Source: a virus
Taxonomy: Duplodnaviria > Caudoviricetes
Reading direction: 5' to 3' (one strand)
DNA: 59,181 nt
Virus record (IMG/VR): IMGVR_UViG_3300027906_000015
Span: 1-59,181 of that record
Below, one piece after another: positions 1 through 10,960 of this stretch. Each line of letters opens with the position of its first letter. Within the stretch, counting starts at the first letter, position 1. The position numbers and the translations under genes were made by a program. The notes below the pieces were generated by a model that saw only the letters and a list, made by a program, of their open reading frames with translations, ran no database searches and was not told where the DNA came from.

Positions 1-1
1 T

Positions 2-1012
2 CCAGACACACTAAGTTCCGGGTATTCCGGACTTCAAATTAACGGATACGCATATCTTATTGGCCATAGTGGCGGCGACCATTACATAACGAATAATGCT
101 TATTTCAATAGTGGTTGGAAATACGGGAAAACATCTACAGCACAAAAAGTAGAGTTAGCAAGTGGTAGAATTACGTTAATGACAGCAGCTTCAGGTTCAG
201 CAGACGCTGCTATCACTTGGAACACAGGGTTAGTACAAGCTAGTGATGGCAGGATTGGTATAAATGAAGTATCACCAGATACTTTACTTCATATAGATGG
301 TAATTCAGCTAGTTCTAATACAGATGTACTTTCAGTATCTAACAAAGGAGTCACAACTATTGGTCATACTGCAGGAATGAGATTCCAATATAATACTGCG
401 GTTCCAGCAGCTATTAGAGCTAATTTAACTAATACTTCAAGTGGAGCAGGGGAATTAGGTTTTTATACATCACCTGATGGTACTGCTGGTAATTTAGATA
501 AACGTTTAACTATTTTAACAACAGAAACTTCTAGAGCTGTTACCCAGAGTCTAGGTGGACATTCTGTAGGTGATGGTAATACAGGTGATGTTCATAAACC
601 TGGAGTTAGAGTTTTAGGATGGTATAATGCCAACGCAAGTAACTCTTCAAATAGTTATTTACATCTTGTTACAAGTCTTTGGGGAGGAGGATCACCTCAC
701 GGTAATAGCCAATATATAATGGGTGGATGGGAAATTACTGGACATTCATACTCAACAAATGCAAGTTTTGGTAAATGTGGGGTTTTCTTCCATAACTGGT
801 CTGGTAGTGTTGCACCTGGATATAGTATAAATTATACTGGTTCATTTACTAACTTTGCTCATGTATATGTAAATTCAAGTGGTTATGTAACAGTAAGATT
901 GGCCGCAGCTGCATATAGAGGTTATTGGCTTGACCTTTACCAGGCAGGACATTATACAACAAGAGATATAAACGTAACAGCAGCAACATTTAGTAGCTCA
1001 TCAACATTATAG
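2..1012 (+). CDS. Tail fibre / virion structural protein, C-terminal part (5'-truncated by window edge)
   Basis: Frame of ORF 179..1012 is open back to position 2; G/S/T/N-rich with the GRIGINEVSPDTLLHI fibre repeat. Confidence 0.7.
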   Translation, partial: PDTLSSGYSGLQINGYAYLIGHSGGDHYITNNAYFNSGWKYGKTSTAQKVELASGRITLMTAASGSADAAITWNTGLVQASDGRIGINEVSPDTLLHIDGNSASSNTDVLSVSNKGVTTIGHTAGMRFQYNTAVPAAIRANLTNTSSGAGELGFYTSPDGTAGNLDKRLTILTTETSRAVTQSLGGHSVGDGNTGDVHKPGVRVLGWYNANASNSSNSYLHLVTSLWGGGSPHGNSQYIMGGWEITGHSYSTNASFGKCGVFFHNWSGSVAPGYSINYTGSFTNFAHVYVNSSGYVTVRLAAAAYRGYWLDLYQAGHYTTRDINVTAATFSSSSTL

Positions 1013-1020
1013 GAAATAAA

Positions 1021-1164
1021 ATGACAATAGAAGAAGCAAAAGAAGAATTAAAAAAACTGCCTTTTCCTGAATTATCAGAAGGCGATATAGTTTGGTACCC
1101 TGATGAAAATGGTCACAGATTTAAAAGAGAAAGTGATGAATGGGTATCATTTCCAGTAGAATAG
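1021..1164 (+). CDS. Small hypothetical protein (47 aa, MTIEEAKEELKKLPFPELSEG...)
   Basis: ATG preceded by AGGA; fills the gap between fibre genes; read manually. Confidence 0.6.
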   Translation: MTIEEAKEELKKLPFPELSEGDIVWYPDENGHRFKRESDEWVSFPVE

Positions 1165-1179
1165 GACATAAATAGTAAT

Positions 1180-3786
1180 ATGGCATTAACAAAGATACCA
1201 GCACATTTAAGCTCAACACCGAGTATTTCGGATAGTGGAACATCAACCGCAATCACAATTGATTCAAGCGGTAATGTATCACTTGCTGGGAATTTAGCGG
1301 TAAGTGGTTCTACAACTACAGCAGATAACCTTAATTCAGTTGATAAAAATATAACCTTAAACTATCATGCATCAAATGATACTTCGGGTTCAGCTGATGG
1401 AGCTGGTATAACTATACAAGATGCAGTAGATGCTTCAACAAATGCATCTTTATATTGGAGAGCTTCAGACGATAAATTTATTTTCTCTCACCCATTAAGA
1501 ATGTTTGGTCAATTTGAATTACCAGATAATGTTAAATTAGTTGCAGGTGATGGTAATGATTTACAAATTTACCATGATGGTTCTCATAGTTATGTTAAAG
1601 ATAATGCACAAGGTAATTTAATACTTCAAGGTTCTAATTTAAGACTTGCTGAAACTGATGATACTTTATACGCATTTTTTACTAGTGGTGCTGGTGGAGA
1701 GTTTTACTATGATGGAAGTAAAAAGCTTGAAACAACAAGTACAGGAATACAAGTAACAGGCAACATCTCAAATACTTCTGGTAGCATGACTATAGACGTA
1801 GCAAGCCAAATTGTACTTGATGCTGATGGTGGACTAATACAACTTAAAGACGGCGGTACAGAATTTGCACAGTTAAAAAATAGTTCAAACGATTTTCAAA
1901 TTATCAGTATCGTAGATGACAAAGATATTATATTTAGAGGAAGTGACAACGGAACTTACTTCAATGCCCTTACCCTTGATATGTCAGATGCAGGGGCAGC
2001 TATTTTTGGAGGCGAAATAGTCGCAAACAAAGCCTTACGTTTACGAACAACAGATGACCAAGCTCAACAATGGTATGTCTATACTCATACAGATGATACG
2101 TTCCGTATTAATTACAATGGCGCGGGTTCAGACGTTTTAGTTATTGATACTAATGAAGACTCTACTTTCAATGGTGAGGTGACTATTAATGGTGGTTCTG
2201 ATGCTAACTTAAATTTAAAATCAGCTTCTTCAAGGTCCGGTGCATTCATAATGAAACCTGGCACAAGCACTGTAATGGGTTCGGCTTTAGTTTTAGCAGA
2301 TGAAAGTTATAGACTAGGTACAGCATCTAATTACCACCTACAGATGAATCAATCTGGTACAACTGTTATTAATGCAGATGGAGCTAATGTAGGTATAGGA
2401 ACTGCAAGTCCTGCTGCGAAATTAGACATAAGTGGTGACACTACTACTTGGGCAGGCATGTCCAAAATTTATTTTACTGATGTAAATTCAAATACAAGTA
2501 GTAGAAATTGGTCTATTGGGAATGGTGGTACTGCTTTTGGAGCATTATCTTTTATTGTCTCAAATGCAGCAGATGGAGTACCGGAAAACACAACTGGAAG
2601 TGCAGTTATGTCTATGGACGGGGTCAATAAGCGTGTTGGTATAAATGTAGCTCAACCATCAAAGGATTTAAGTGTAAGAGCTGCTAATGCTATAATCGCT
2701 GCAGAATCTACTGCAGATAGTCAAAGAATTGGATTTCAAGCTAAATATATAGAACACGGAAGCTTATACGGTAGTTTTGAATATACTACTGGGGATGCTC
2801 AATTATGGATTGATAATAATTTTACAGGAAATAATGGTGTTTACAGTAATATAAGATTTAGAAACAAAGAAAATGGGGGATCAACTCTAGTTGACCGTAT
2901 GATTATTGCGGGTTCAACTGGAAATGTAGGTATTGGAAATATTGAAGCTTCGCATAAACTTCATGTTGAAGCAAACGGGACTGGTGCTATTTCAGCGCTT
3001 CGTCTTGCAAATGAAAATACATCAGTAGGTGATGGGGCAAAACTTCTTTTTACTTCTGGAACTTCCACAAGTGGGGCAGGTATAGCAGGATATGGAACAG
3101 CTTTAAATGCAGCTGATTTAGTATTTTACGCTGGCGGGGATAACGAAAGAATGCGTATCCACGACAATGGTAGGGATTTTGATTTTAAATCAGACACAGT
3201 AGCTGGTTATACTCCGAATATAAATTTATACAGTATGACTACAGGCGCGTACTCTCCTCAAATTCATTTCTACACTAGGCATGTTACAGGAGGAGGCGAT
3301 TACCAGTGGCCAGCAGCTTCTATATTTACATCAGGTGCTTCTGGTTATTCAAGTGGAGCTTTATCAGGATATTTTAGAGTATATATTAGAGGTAAATTTG
3401 GAGAAAGCGCGGCTATAAATGCTTTAGATATAAATTCAAGTGGTTTAGTTTCAGGAGATTTAAATGATACATCTGATGTAGCGTTGAAAAAAGACATAAC
3501 TACTTTAAATGCCTCAGATAGTTTGACAGCTATTAAAGCTTTAAATCCTGTAACATTTAAATGGAAAGCAGATGACCGAGAAACTTCTGGGTTTATAGCA
3601 CAAGAGGTAGAAAAACATTTACCCAATGATGTAATAGGAGAAGATTGGAGGGCAGAAGATCCAGATTTAGAGAAAAATGATATAGGCTCAAAAGGTAAAG
3701 CAGTAAATACAGTAGGAATATTAGCCCATGCTGTTAAAGTAATACAAGAATTAGAAGCTAGAATAAAAGTTTTAGAGGATAAATAA
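1180..3786 (+). CDS. Long tail fibre / adhesin with C-terminal peptidase S74 intramolecular chaperone
   Basis: NVGIGTASP-type repeats; SDVALKKDI...LNPVTFKWK...GFIAQEV S74 signature and terminal coiled coil. Confidence 0.8.
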   Translation: MALTKIPAHLSSTPSISDSGTSTAITIDSSGNVSLAGNLAVSGSTTTADNLNSVDKNITLNYHASNDTSGSADGAGITIQDAVDASTNASLYWRASDDKFIFSHPLRMFGQFELPDNVKLVAGDGNDLQIYHDGSHSYVKDNAQGNLILQGSNLRLAETDDTLYAFFTSGAGGEFYYDGSKKLETTSTGIQVTGNISNTSGSMTIDVASQIVLDADGGLIQLKDGGTEFAQLKNSSNDFQIISIVDDKDIIFRGSDNGTYFNALTLDMSDAGAAIFGGEIVANKALRLRTTDDQAQQWYVYTHTDDTFRINYNGAGSDVLVIDTNEDSTFNGEVTINGGSDANLNLKSASSRSGAFIMKPGTSTVMGSALVLADESYRLGTASNYHLQMNQSGTTVINADGANVGIGTASPAAKLDISGDTTTWAGMSKIYFTDVNSNTSSRNWSIGNGGTAFGALSFIVSNAADGVPENTTGSAVMSMDGVNKRVGINVAQPSKDLSVRAANAIIAAESTADSQRIGFQAKYIEHGSLYGSFEYTTGDAQLWIDNNFTGNNGVYSNIRFRNKENGGSTLVDRMIIAGSTGNVGIGNIEASHKLHVEANGTGAISALRLANENTSVGDGAKLLFTSGTSTSGAGIAGYGTALNAADLVFYAGGDNERMRIHDNGRDFDFKSDTVAGYTPNINLYSMTTGAYSPQIHFYTRHVTGGGDYQWPAASIFTSGASGYSSGALSGYFRVYIRGKFGESAAINALDINSSGLVSGDLNDTSDVALKKDITTLNASDSLTAIKALNPVTFKWKADDRETSGFIAQEVEKHLPNDVIGEDWRAEDPDLEKNDIGSKGKAVNTVGILAHAVKVIQELEARIKVLEDK

Positions 3787-6485
3787 TGGCATATTCAAAA
3801 AATAGAAGAATAGCAGATTTAGTCGCATCAGACGGAACTATGGATGCGTCCAAATTAAAATCTGGTACAGTTACTCAAGCTCATTTACATTCATCACACG
3901 GTATTACTACAGCTCATATAGCTGAAGGTAGTAATAAATATTATACTGATGAAAGAGTAGATGATAGATCTAATTCTCTATTACAGGATGGTGCTAATAT
4001 ATCTCTTACATATGATGATTCAGCTGGCACACTTACCGTAGCAGCTACAGATACTAATACAACATATAGCGCTGGAACAGGATTAGCACTAAGTTCAACA
4101 ACATTCAGCTTATCACATTTAGGACTTCAATCGTTAAGTGATCCGAATGCTGATAGAATTGCATTTTGGGATGATTCAGCCGGTGCCTTTGCATGGTTAA
4201 CCATAGGATCTAATTTAACTTTATCTGGTACTACACTCTCCGGTGTAGCCGCTTATGGTGATTCAGATGTTGAATCTTATTTAGATTCAAATGGAACAAC
4301 ATTCCCAGATAATATAATGGCTCGATTTGGGTCTAGTAATGACTTTACTATAAAACATGATGGTAGTCATGCAAGATTAAATGTTGCTACAGGTAATTTT
4401 AACGTACAGACAAACGATTTTCATATTACAGATTCAAGTAATAGTTCTATAAGATTTAATGTTGACCATGATGGAGCCACTACACTATATCATAATGCTT
4501 CAGCAAAACTAGCTACTGCTTCAGATGGTATAGATGTTACTGGAAATACTAGTATGACAACTGGTCATTCAACTGGTAAATTTGCTGTTATGGCATCTGC
4601 AGTTCATGGTTCTTATGATTTTTACAATAATGGAACATCTTATTTTAATGGTGGTGTTGTTGTTGATGACCATTTACAAGTTACTGGAGGTAGTGCTCAA
4701 TTAACAGTTAATGGTAATGCTAGTATCACTGGTAATTTAACCGTAAGTGGTACAACTACAACTTTAAACACAGCCACATTAGAAGTTGCAGATTTAAATA
4801 TTGTAGTTGGTAAAAATGCTACAACAAGTTCAGCCACAAATGGAGCTGGATTAACATTCGGTGCTTGGTCATCGGGTACTATTCCTGCATTAATATGGCA
4901 TCATGGTAATAGTGCATTTAATTTTAATAAAGCTTTATCCGTAACTGGTAATATTGTAGTTACTGGAACAGTTGATGGAAGAGATATAGCTACTGATGGT
5001 ACTAAACTAGATGCAATAGAGGCAAGTGCTGATGTTACAGATGCTACAAACGTAGGAACAGCTTTAACAGCATTCAGCACAGGAACAGATACTGCTTCAA
5101 CAGATTTAATTCCATACTATGATGTAAGTGCATCAGCTTGGGAAAAAGGAACAGTAGCTAATGTAGCTTTACAAGGACCTACCGGATCAACAGGACCTAC
5201 TGGACCAACAGGACCGGCAGGACCTACGGGATCTACAGGATCAGCAGGTCCAACAGGACCAACAGGACCTTCAGGACCTTCAGGACCAGCAGGTAGTGAT
5301 GGAAATGATGGTGGAACTGGACCAACAGGTCCAACAGGACCCACTGGACCTTCAGGACCTACGGGACCAGCTGGTAGTGATGGAAGTGATGGAAGTGACG
5401 GAAGTGATGGTGGAACTGGACCGACCGGACCGACTGGGCCTACAGGACCAGCGGGAGGCACAGGACCCACCGGGCCTACAGGACCTACTGGACCATCAGG
5501 AACTAACGGAAGTAATGGTGGAACAGGACCTACAGGACCTACTGGGCCTACGGGACCGACCGGACCAAATGGAACAACAAGTGGTGTAGCAGTAGGACCA
5601 GCAACATTTTATGATTTCTATGGTACTGGAGGAAACTCTGGTGTACCAAATCATGCTTATGAGTTATATCAACAATCTGGTGGTTGGTCAAGTCCATTCC
5701 CTGACTTATTCATAGCATATCATACAGGTATTAGTCTTGGTGCTAATTCTAGTTATGATGGTATTAGATTCTATACTGATTATCCAATGTCAACTAGAGT
5801 ACTTCAAGTAAATGGTTCATCACACTATATCTATAAAGATGTTTGGATGCACACAGATGCTGGTGAAGGTATTTATTCATCTAGTCATAGTTTCCACTGG
5901 TACCCTAGAACTGTCGGTAGTTATGGATCAGCACAGTTAGGTGGTGCATCTGGTGGGTATTCTGGTATTGTGATGGACTCTGGTGGTGATGTCTGTATTG
6001 GTATGTTTGATACTGCAGGTAACGGTGGAACCTATAGACAAACTAATGGTAGATGGTATGACTATCATCATGTAAGTAATAATTGTACAGGTATTACTGC
6101 TTCAACTACTTCAAGTTCATATTCATTATATGTAACTGGCGCAATATATGCAACAGGTGATGTTGTTGGTTCTTCAGATAGAAGGTTAAAAAAGAATATA
6201 AATACTATTGAGAATGGTTTAGCTAAGGTCGAAAAACTAAGAGGTGTTACATACGAATGGAAAGACTCTGAAGAAACTGATTCAAAAAGTACAAACGTTA
6301 CGGAAGAAAGAATGGGACTTATCGCTCAGGAAGTTATAGATGTAATTCCTGAGGTAGTTACACATGATAAGGAAAATGATAGGTATGGTGTTTCATACGG
6401 TCATTTAACAGGATTACTTATTGAAGCAGTAAAAGATCTAAGCAATAAAGTTAAAGATTTAGAAAAAAAATTAGAGGAAAAATAA
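3786..6485 (+). CDS. Tail fibre with collagen-like (Gly-Pro-Thr) region and C-terminal S74 chaperone
   Basis: Long Gly-X-Y run; SDRRLKKNI...LRGVTYEW...GLIAQEV S74 signature. Confidence 0.8.
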   Translation: MAYSKNRRIADLVASDGTMDASKLKSGTVTQAHLHSSHGITTAHIAEGSNKYYTDERVDDRSNSLLQDGANISLTYDDSAGTLTVAATDTNTTYSAGTGLALSSTTFSLSHLGLQSLSDPNADRIAFWDDSAGAFAWLTIGSNLTLSGTTLSGVAAYGDSDVESYLDSNGTTFPDNIMARFGSSNDFTIKHDGSHARLNVATGNFNVQTNDFHITDSSNSSIRFNVDHDGATTLYHNASAKLATASDGIDVTGNTSMTTGHSTGKFAVMASAVHGSYDFYNNGTSYFNGGVVVDDHLQVTGGSAQLTVNGNASITGNLTVSGTTTTLNTATLEVADLNIVVGKNATTSSATNGAGLTFGAWSSGTIPALIWHHGNSAFNFNKALSVTGNIVVTGTVDGRDIATDGTKLDAIEASADVTDATNVGTALTAFSTGTDTASTDLIPYYDVSASAWEKGTVANVALQGPTGSTGPTGPTGPAGPTGSTGSAGPTGPTGPSGPSGPAGSDGNDGGTGPTGPTGPTGPSGPTGPAGSDGSDGSDGSDGGTGPTGPTGPTGPAGGTGPTGPTGPTGPSGTNGSNGGTGPTGPTGPTGPTGPNGTTSGVAVGPATFYDFYGTGGNSGVPNHAYELYQQSGGWSSPFPDLFIAYHTGISLGANSSYDGIRFYTDYPMSTRVLQVNGSSHYIYKDVWMHTDAGEGIYSSSHSFHWYPRTVGSYGSAQLGGASGGYSGIVMDSGGDVCIGMFDTAGNGGTYRQTNGRWYDYHHVSNNCTGITASTTSSSYSLYVTGAIYATGDVVGSSDRRLKKNINTIENGLAKVEKLRGVTYEWKDSEETDSKSTNVTEERMGLIAQEVIDVIPEVVTHDKENDRYGVSYGHLTGLLIEAVKDLSNKVKDLEKKLEEK
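5175..5580 (+). repeat. Collagen-like (GPT/GSD)n coding repeat
   Basis: Degenerate 9-nt ggaccNacN repeats encoding Gly-X-Y triplets. Confidence 0.95.
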
Positions 6486-6487
6486 TT

Positions 6488-6922
6488 ATGGCATTGAAAA
6501 TGAATTATACAGATAAAAGAGGAGATACCCATACAGATTCGTATTGGGCTATTTCTGATATGGATATATTTAAAAAATTACATACTAGTGAAGACTTAAT
6601 GAGAAAATCGCTTAATTTAGCAGATGGGGTAGATACCCATATAAAAGCAGCCGATAAAGATATAACCCCTGGATATTATGTTCATTTCACAGTTTGTGGC
6701 TTTAAAAGTAAAGCAGAAAGAGATGCTGGTAAACCACCAATTGCAATCGCTTTTGCTGTACCAACTAAACACCCAACGTGGTTCTGTTATATGGACGAAC
6801 ACAAAATAAACGAATTAGATGATATGAAATGGGATATTAGTTCACAAGCTAATATGTTAATTTCAGGATATGCACATTTAAAAACAATAGATTTTTTTAA
6901 AGACGCAACAGACGCGAGTTAA
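6488..6922 (+). CDS. Hypothetical protein, possibly fibre-associated
   Basis: 144 aa ORF directly after the fibre gene. Confidence 0.55.
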   Translation: MALKMNYTDKRGDTHTDSYWAISDMDIFKKLHTSEDLMRKSLNLADGVDTHIKAADKDITPGYYVHFTVCGFKSKAERDAGKPPIAIAFAVPTKHPTWFCYMDEHKINELDDMKWDISSQANMLISGYAHLKTIDFFKDATDAS

Positions 6923-6927
6923 TTATT

Positions 6928-7473
6928 ATGAGAGATATTTGGCAATTGTGGTCGGGAATTGTATCGGCCGAAGAGTGTGATTATATAATAAAAGCTGGGG
7001 AAGAAGCCCCAGAAGAAAAAGGAACAGTATATTCAAACCCTGAAGAAGGGGATGATGGTATAAGAAAAAGTAATATATCTTGGATTAGGAATAATCCAGA
7101 AATAGATAGAATCCAAAACTTCTTTTTTTCTGAAGCAAATAGAAATGCATTTGGATTTGATGTTAATTATATGCCAAGTGCCCAATTTGGAACTTATGGT
7201 AAAGGTGATTTTTATAATTGGCATCACGATGTAAATTGGGAATTAGATAGTGTATATGATAGAAAACTTTCTATTGTTATTCAATTAAGTGATCCAGATG
7301 ATTATGAAGGTGGGGATTTTGAATTTGGTAATATGTATGAACAACCAAAGGAGTTTAAAGAAAGAGGATCAGTTTTAGTTTTCCCTAGTTATATTCCACA
7401 TAGAGTGACAGAAATAACAAAGGGAACAAGAAAATCCTTAGTCAATTGGTTAGAAGGACCAAGGTGGAGATAA
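6928..7473 (+). CDS. 2OG-Fe(II) oxygenase (prolyl-hydroxylase-like)
   Basis: HxD (WHHD), RKLSIVIQL, YEGG, distal His (PHRV) and RxS (RKSL) motifs. Confidence 0.9.
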   Translation: MRDIWQLWSGIVSAEECDYIIKAGEEAPEEKGTVYSNPEEGDDGIRKSNISWIRNNPEIDRIQNFFFSEANRNAFGFDVNYMPSAQFGTYGKGDFYNWHHDVNWELDSVYDRKLSIVIQLSDPDDYEGGDFEFGNMYEQPKEFKERGSVLVFPSYIPHRVTEITKGTRKSLVNWLEGPRWR

Positions 7474-8202
7474 ATGACATTACAAAGTTCAGGCGCAATA
7501 TCGATAAGCCAGATAAAATCAGAATTAGGAAGTTCTAGTAATTCCCTAAGAACTTTATCGGCTGCAGCGGGTAAATCTGCCCCAGATGGAGTGAATGAAT
7601 TCTATGGTTATTCCCATGCTAATCCAATTCCTTATAGCTTATATACAAGAAATCACGGAAGTGGATTATGTATTCAAGCTTATAGATCAGTGACAGCTTC
7701 TATTGCAATGGTTTTCATCTATGTACCTTTTAGACTTTATAATGATGGAAGTAGTTTACATTGGCAAGTAAAAGAATCTAGTTCTTATTCAGCTCAAACT
7801 ACAAATAAATGGGATGCTAGTGGTAATGTTTCTACTGTAAGTACCTCTTGGGTAACATTAGCTTCTTGGACTGGTGCAACTGCAGGAATGGTTGATTGGT
7901 CTGGTTCAGCTTCCGGGGGCGGGGGTGGAACTTTTGGAACTGGATCTATAGGAGGAGATACGATACAAACTGGTGCAACATATGCAGCAGCTGATGCTAC
8001 TTGGAGAACATTAAGTAGTGGTCAATCAATGGGTTTTACTCTTCATGTTAGGAATACTGCAGAATGTTATGCTTCATCTACTAGATATTATACAGCAACA
8101 TTTCACAATATATACGGAAGAAGATCAGGGTATGATGATACCTCTATCGGATCTTTCCAGGCAAGGGGTGATGCAACTGCCACATCAAATAATTGTTTCT
8201 AA
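7474..8202 (+). CDS. Virion structural protein (paralogue A)
   Basis: MTLQSSGAISISQIKSELG N-terminus typical of phage tail-tip proteins; paralogous to 8588..9478. Confidence 0.65.
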   Translation: MTLQSSGAISISQIKSELGSSSNSLRTLSAAAGKSAPDGVNEFYGYSHANPIPYSLYTRNHGSGLCIQAYRSVTASIAMVFIYVPFRLYNDGSSLHWQVKESSSYSAQTTNKWDASGNVSTVSTSWVTLASWTGATAGMVDWSGSASGGGGGTFGTGSIGGDTIQTGATYAAADATWRTLSSGQSMGFTLHVRNTAECYASSTRYYTATFHNIYGRRSGYDDTSIGSFQARGDATATSNNCF

Positions 8203-8579
8203 TGGATAAGTATAGATTAATACACGAAGAAGTTAAAGAGAATAGAATAGATGATTTAGTTCAATCTTTAACTATTGATATTATACTACAAAATGCAGAA
8301 AATGTAAACCAAAAAAATATAAAATATATTGATGAAAATGGAGATGAACAAACAGCACAACATTGGGATTATGAAAGTGCACCGGTAATATCAAATAGAA
8401 TAATTAATTATAATATCCCTTTTGAACATCAAACAAACCTAAGGAAAGGAACAGAACATCCCCATAATCATGAAGAAGAGATGAAATATCAAGAAAGATT
8501 TAGAAGCTGGGTAGAAGGTTATCAAGCAACAGAAGAATATATCACAGCAATGCGTGATTTAAACAATAAGGTGTTATAA
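8202..8579 (+). CDS. Hypothetical protein (partner B)
   Basis: TAATG-coupled to the upstream gene; ATG at 8202 is the likely start. Confidence 0.6.
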   Translation: MDKYRLIHEEVKENRIDDLVQSLTIDIILQNAENVNQKNIKYIDENGDEQTAQHWDYESAPVISNRIINYNIPFEHQTNLRKGTEHPHNHEEEMKYQERFRSWVEGYQATEEYITAMRDLNNKVL

Positions 8580-8582
8580 ATA
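8575..8582 (+). promoter_or_regulatory. T4-type late promoter
   Basis: TATAAATA just upstream of ATG 8588. Confidence 0.75.
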
Positions 8583-8587
8583 GAAGT

Positions 8588-9478
8588 ATGGCTATACCAA
8601 CAACAGGAAATATATCAATTAAAACAGCAGCTGGGTCAGACAGATCCATAGACACTGCCGTAACTTCTACTAGTAGTGGAAGCTTAGTAACATTAAGTCA
8701 AAACTCTATAGAACATACTGGTGGAAGATCAACAATTACAAATGATACAAATAGTGCACCTTATAGTATGTTAGAATTTTCTGGTTATCAACACGAAATT
8801 GCTTTCCCAACAACAGGAAGATATCAATGTCAAAGAACAGACCAATCTGGTTATACTATTTATGGAGAGTCTAGTATAACATCTGGTGAACCACATGCCC
8901 GAGCATTAATATTATTTGCATTATATAATCATCCAAACCAAAATTCTGTTTATTTAGTATGTAAGAGAGGATACTGGGATACAGGGGATGATAATGCATA
9001 TGGATTGATGAGCAGTAGTTATTATTTAAACGGTAATACATCTGGTGTTGCAACATCCGGTAGTACAAGTTTTAGTGGATTTAATAATCAGACAAATCCA
9101 GGGGGAACAGGTTGGGAAGTACTTTGGTATATAAGTGATCAAGTTGATAGTGGTATTGAACCAAGCGCATTTAAAGTTAATTGGTCGGCCTCATCTTCTG
9201 GATCTGGTGGAAGTACTGGAATTATTGGAACTAGTAGTGCTTATGGATCAAGTTTTACATATGCTGCAGCTGATAATACTTGGCAAACATTAGGTAATGG
9301 TCAAACTATGGGATGGTACATATACGCACAATCTTTTGCAGCATGTTATAATTCAAACACAAGACATTCTTATGGAACTTTTGAAATTGATGCTAGAAAA
9401 TCAGGCTATGTCGATACAAGAGTAGTTAATTTTGATGCTCATATGAAAGCTACAGCCATTTCAAATAATTGTTTATAA
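8588..9478 (+). CDS. Virion structural protein (paralogue A')
   Basis: MAIPTTGNISI N-terminus; C-terminal half similar to 7474..8202 (YAAADxTW...SNNC). Confidence 0.65.
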   Translation: MAIPTTGNISIKTAAGSDRSIDTAVTSTSSGSLVTLSQNSIEHTGGRSTITNDTNSAPYSMLEFSGYQHEIAFPTTGRYQCQRTDQSGYTIYGESSITSGEPHARALILFALYNHPNQNSVYLVCKRGYWDTGDDNAYGLMSSSYYLNGNTSGVATSGSTSFSGFNNQTNPGGTGWEVLWYISDQVDSGIEPSAFKVNWSASSSGSGGSTGIIGTSSAYGSSFTYAAADNTWQTLGNGQTMGWYIYAQSFAACYNSNTRHSYGTFEIDARKSGYVDTRVVNFDAHMKATAISNNCL

Positions 9479-9843
9479 TGAATTATCATTTTGATATAGA
9501 ATTAACACCCCAAAGAGATGGGAGTGATGTAGTTAAAACTGTAAAGGTTAAAGTTAATCGTTGGACTAATGAAGGGGAAATGACTCAAAGAGATAGTACA
9601 TACGTATCAAACTCTGGACTGAAAGCTTCATGGAAAATAATTAATAGAGAACCGCTTATAGGTTCAGAAGAATTTACATATACTGTACCAACCGATGATC
9701 AGACAGATATAATACCTACTGGTTATCCAAGGGCAGAAACAGATAATCATAAAAATTGGGCTGAGTTTTATAATAAATGGGAACTTGGTATAATAGAAGA
9801 TAGTGGATATTTAGCCGCGGTAGAAGAATTAAAGAAATTATGA
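9478..9843 (+). CDS. Hypothetical protein (partner B')
   Basis: TAATG-coupled; similar size and C-terminus to 8202..8579. Confidence 0.6.
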   Translation: MNYHFDIELTPQRDGSDVVKTVKVKVNRWTNEGEMTQRDSTYVSNSGLKASWKIINREPLIGSEEFTYTVPTDDQTDIIPTGYPRAETDNHKNWAEFYNKWELGIIEDSGYLAAVEELKKL

Positions 9844-9844
9844 T

Positions 9845-9852
9845 TATAAATA
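9845..9852 (+). promoter_or_regulatory. T4-type late promoter
   Basis: TATAAATA upstream of gp13. Confidence 0.8.
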
Positions 9853-9871
9853 GTAATAGAGGATAATATAA

Positions 9872-10957
9872 ATGGCTAAACCAAATTCAAGAGCAACATT
9901 AATATCATATGCTAAGAGAGCGTTAGGCCATCCTGTAATCGAAATTAATGTAGATGATGATCAGGTAGATGATAGAATTGATGAAGGATTACAATTTTAT
10001 CAAGAGTATCATGCTGATGCAGTTGAAAAAGTTTATTTAAAACACTTAGTATCTCCAACGGATCAAACTAATGGTTATATTTCAATACCAGAATTAGTTA
10101 CAAATGTTGTTAGAGTATTTCCACTAAGAGATGTTAATAATTCATCTGTAAGTATGTTTGATGCTAAATATCAAATGCACTTAAATGATATGTTCTCATT
10201 AGGATATATGGGATCACTATTAGAATATGAATTAAGTCAACAATGGTTATCAATGTTAGATATGATTATAGATTCAAATGATAAACATATAGATTTTAAT
10301 AGACATAGAAATACATTAAGAATTGATATGGATTGGTCTGAAGAAACAGATGCAGTTGCAGCAGAAACCGTTGTGGTAAAAGTTGTATCTAATAAATTTA
10401 CATGGAATGGCGAATCCAATCCAGAGAAAGCTTTAAGTAAAGGTGTGGTATATACCTTTGACCAATCTGACGCATCAAATAACGGACACGCATTAAAATT
10501 TTCTGAAACAGCTGATGGAACACATGGATCAGGAACAGAGTATACAAGTGGAGTGGTTGTTACTGGAACAGCTGGTCAAGCTGGAGCTAAAGTAACATTT
10601 ACAATACCAGAAGATGCACCTGATACACTATATTACTATTGTGGAAGTCATTCTAATATGGGTAATAAGCTTACATTAGCTATTAATTCAACATATCTAG
10701 TATTAGAATGTTATAGAATATTAGATCCAAATACATATACAGATGTATATAATGATTATTATTTAAAGAAATATGTTACTGCTCTTATTAAACAACAATG
10801 GGGACAAAACTTAATTAAATTTGAAGGGATGCAAATGCCTGGCGGAGTTACCTTCAACGGAAGACAAATATATGATGATGCAACTGCTGATTTAGAAAAA
10901 TTAGTAGAAGAAGCTAGGCTCAATTGGGAAGAACCGATTGACTTTATGACGGGATAA
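9872..10957 (+). CDS. gp13: Neck protein gp13 with an inserted cupredoxin-like domain
   Basis: RALGHPVIEINV...QQWGQNLIKFEGMQMPGGVTFNG; synteny with gp14. Confidence 0.9.
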   Translation: MAKPNSRATLISYAKRALGHPVIEINVDDDQVDDRIDEGLQFYQEYHADAVEKVYLKHLVSPTDQTNGYISIPELVTNVVRVFPLRDVNNSSVSMFDAKYQMHLNDMFSLGYMGSLLEYELSQQWLSMLDMIIDSNDKHIDFNRHRNTLRIDMDWSEETDAVAAETVVVKVVSNKFTWNGESNPEKALSKGVVYTFDQSDASNNGHALKFSETADGTHGSGTEYTSGVVVTGTAGQAGAKVTFTIPEDAPDTLYYYCGSHSNMGNKLTLAINSTYLVLECYRILDPNTYTDVYNDYYLKKYVTALIKQQWGQNLIKFEGMQMPGGVTFNGRQIYDDATADLEKLVEEARLNWEEPIDFMTG

Positions 10958-10960
10958 ACA

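Noticed and set aside
5175-5580. Repeat array as a possible CRISPR or VNTR
   Set aside because: Degenerate 9-nt codon repeats with no unique spacers; no CRISPR array or cas gene seen in the window
5117-5589. ORFs 5117..5470 (-) and 5296..5589 (+) with repetitive translations
   Set aside because: Shadow frames of the collagen repeat in 3786..6485
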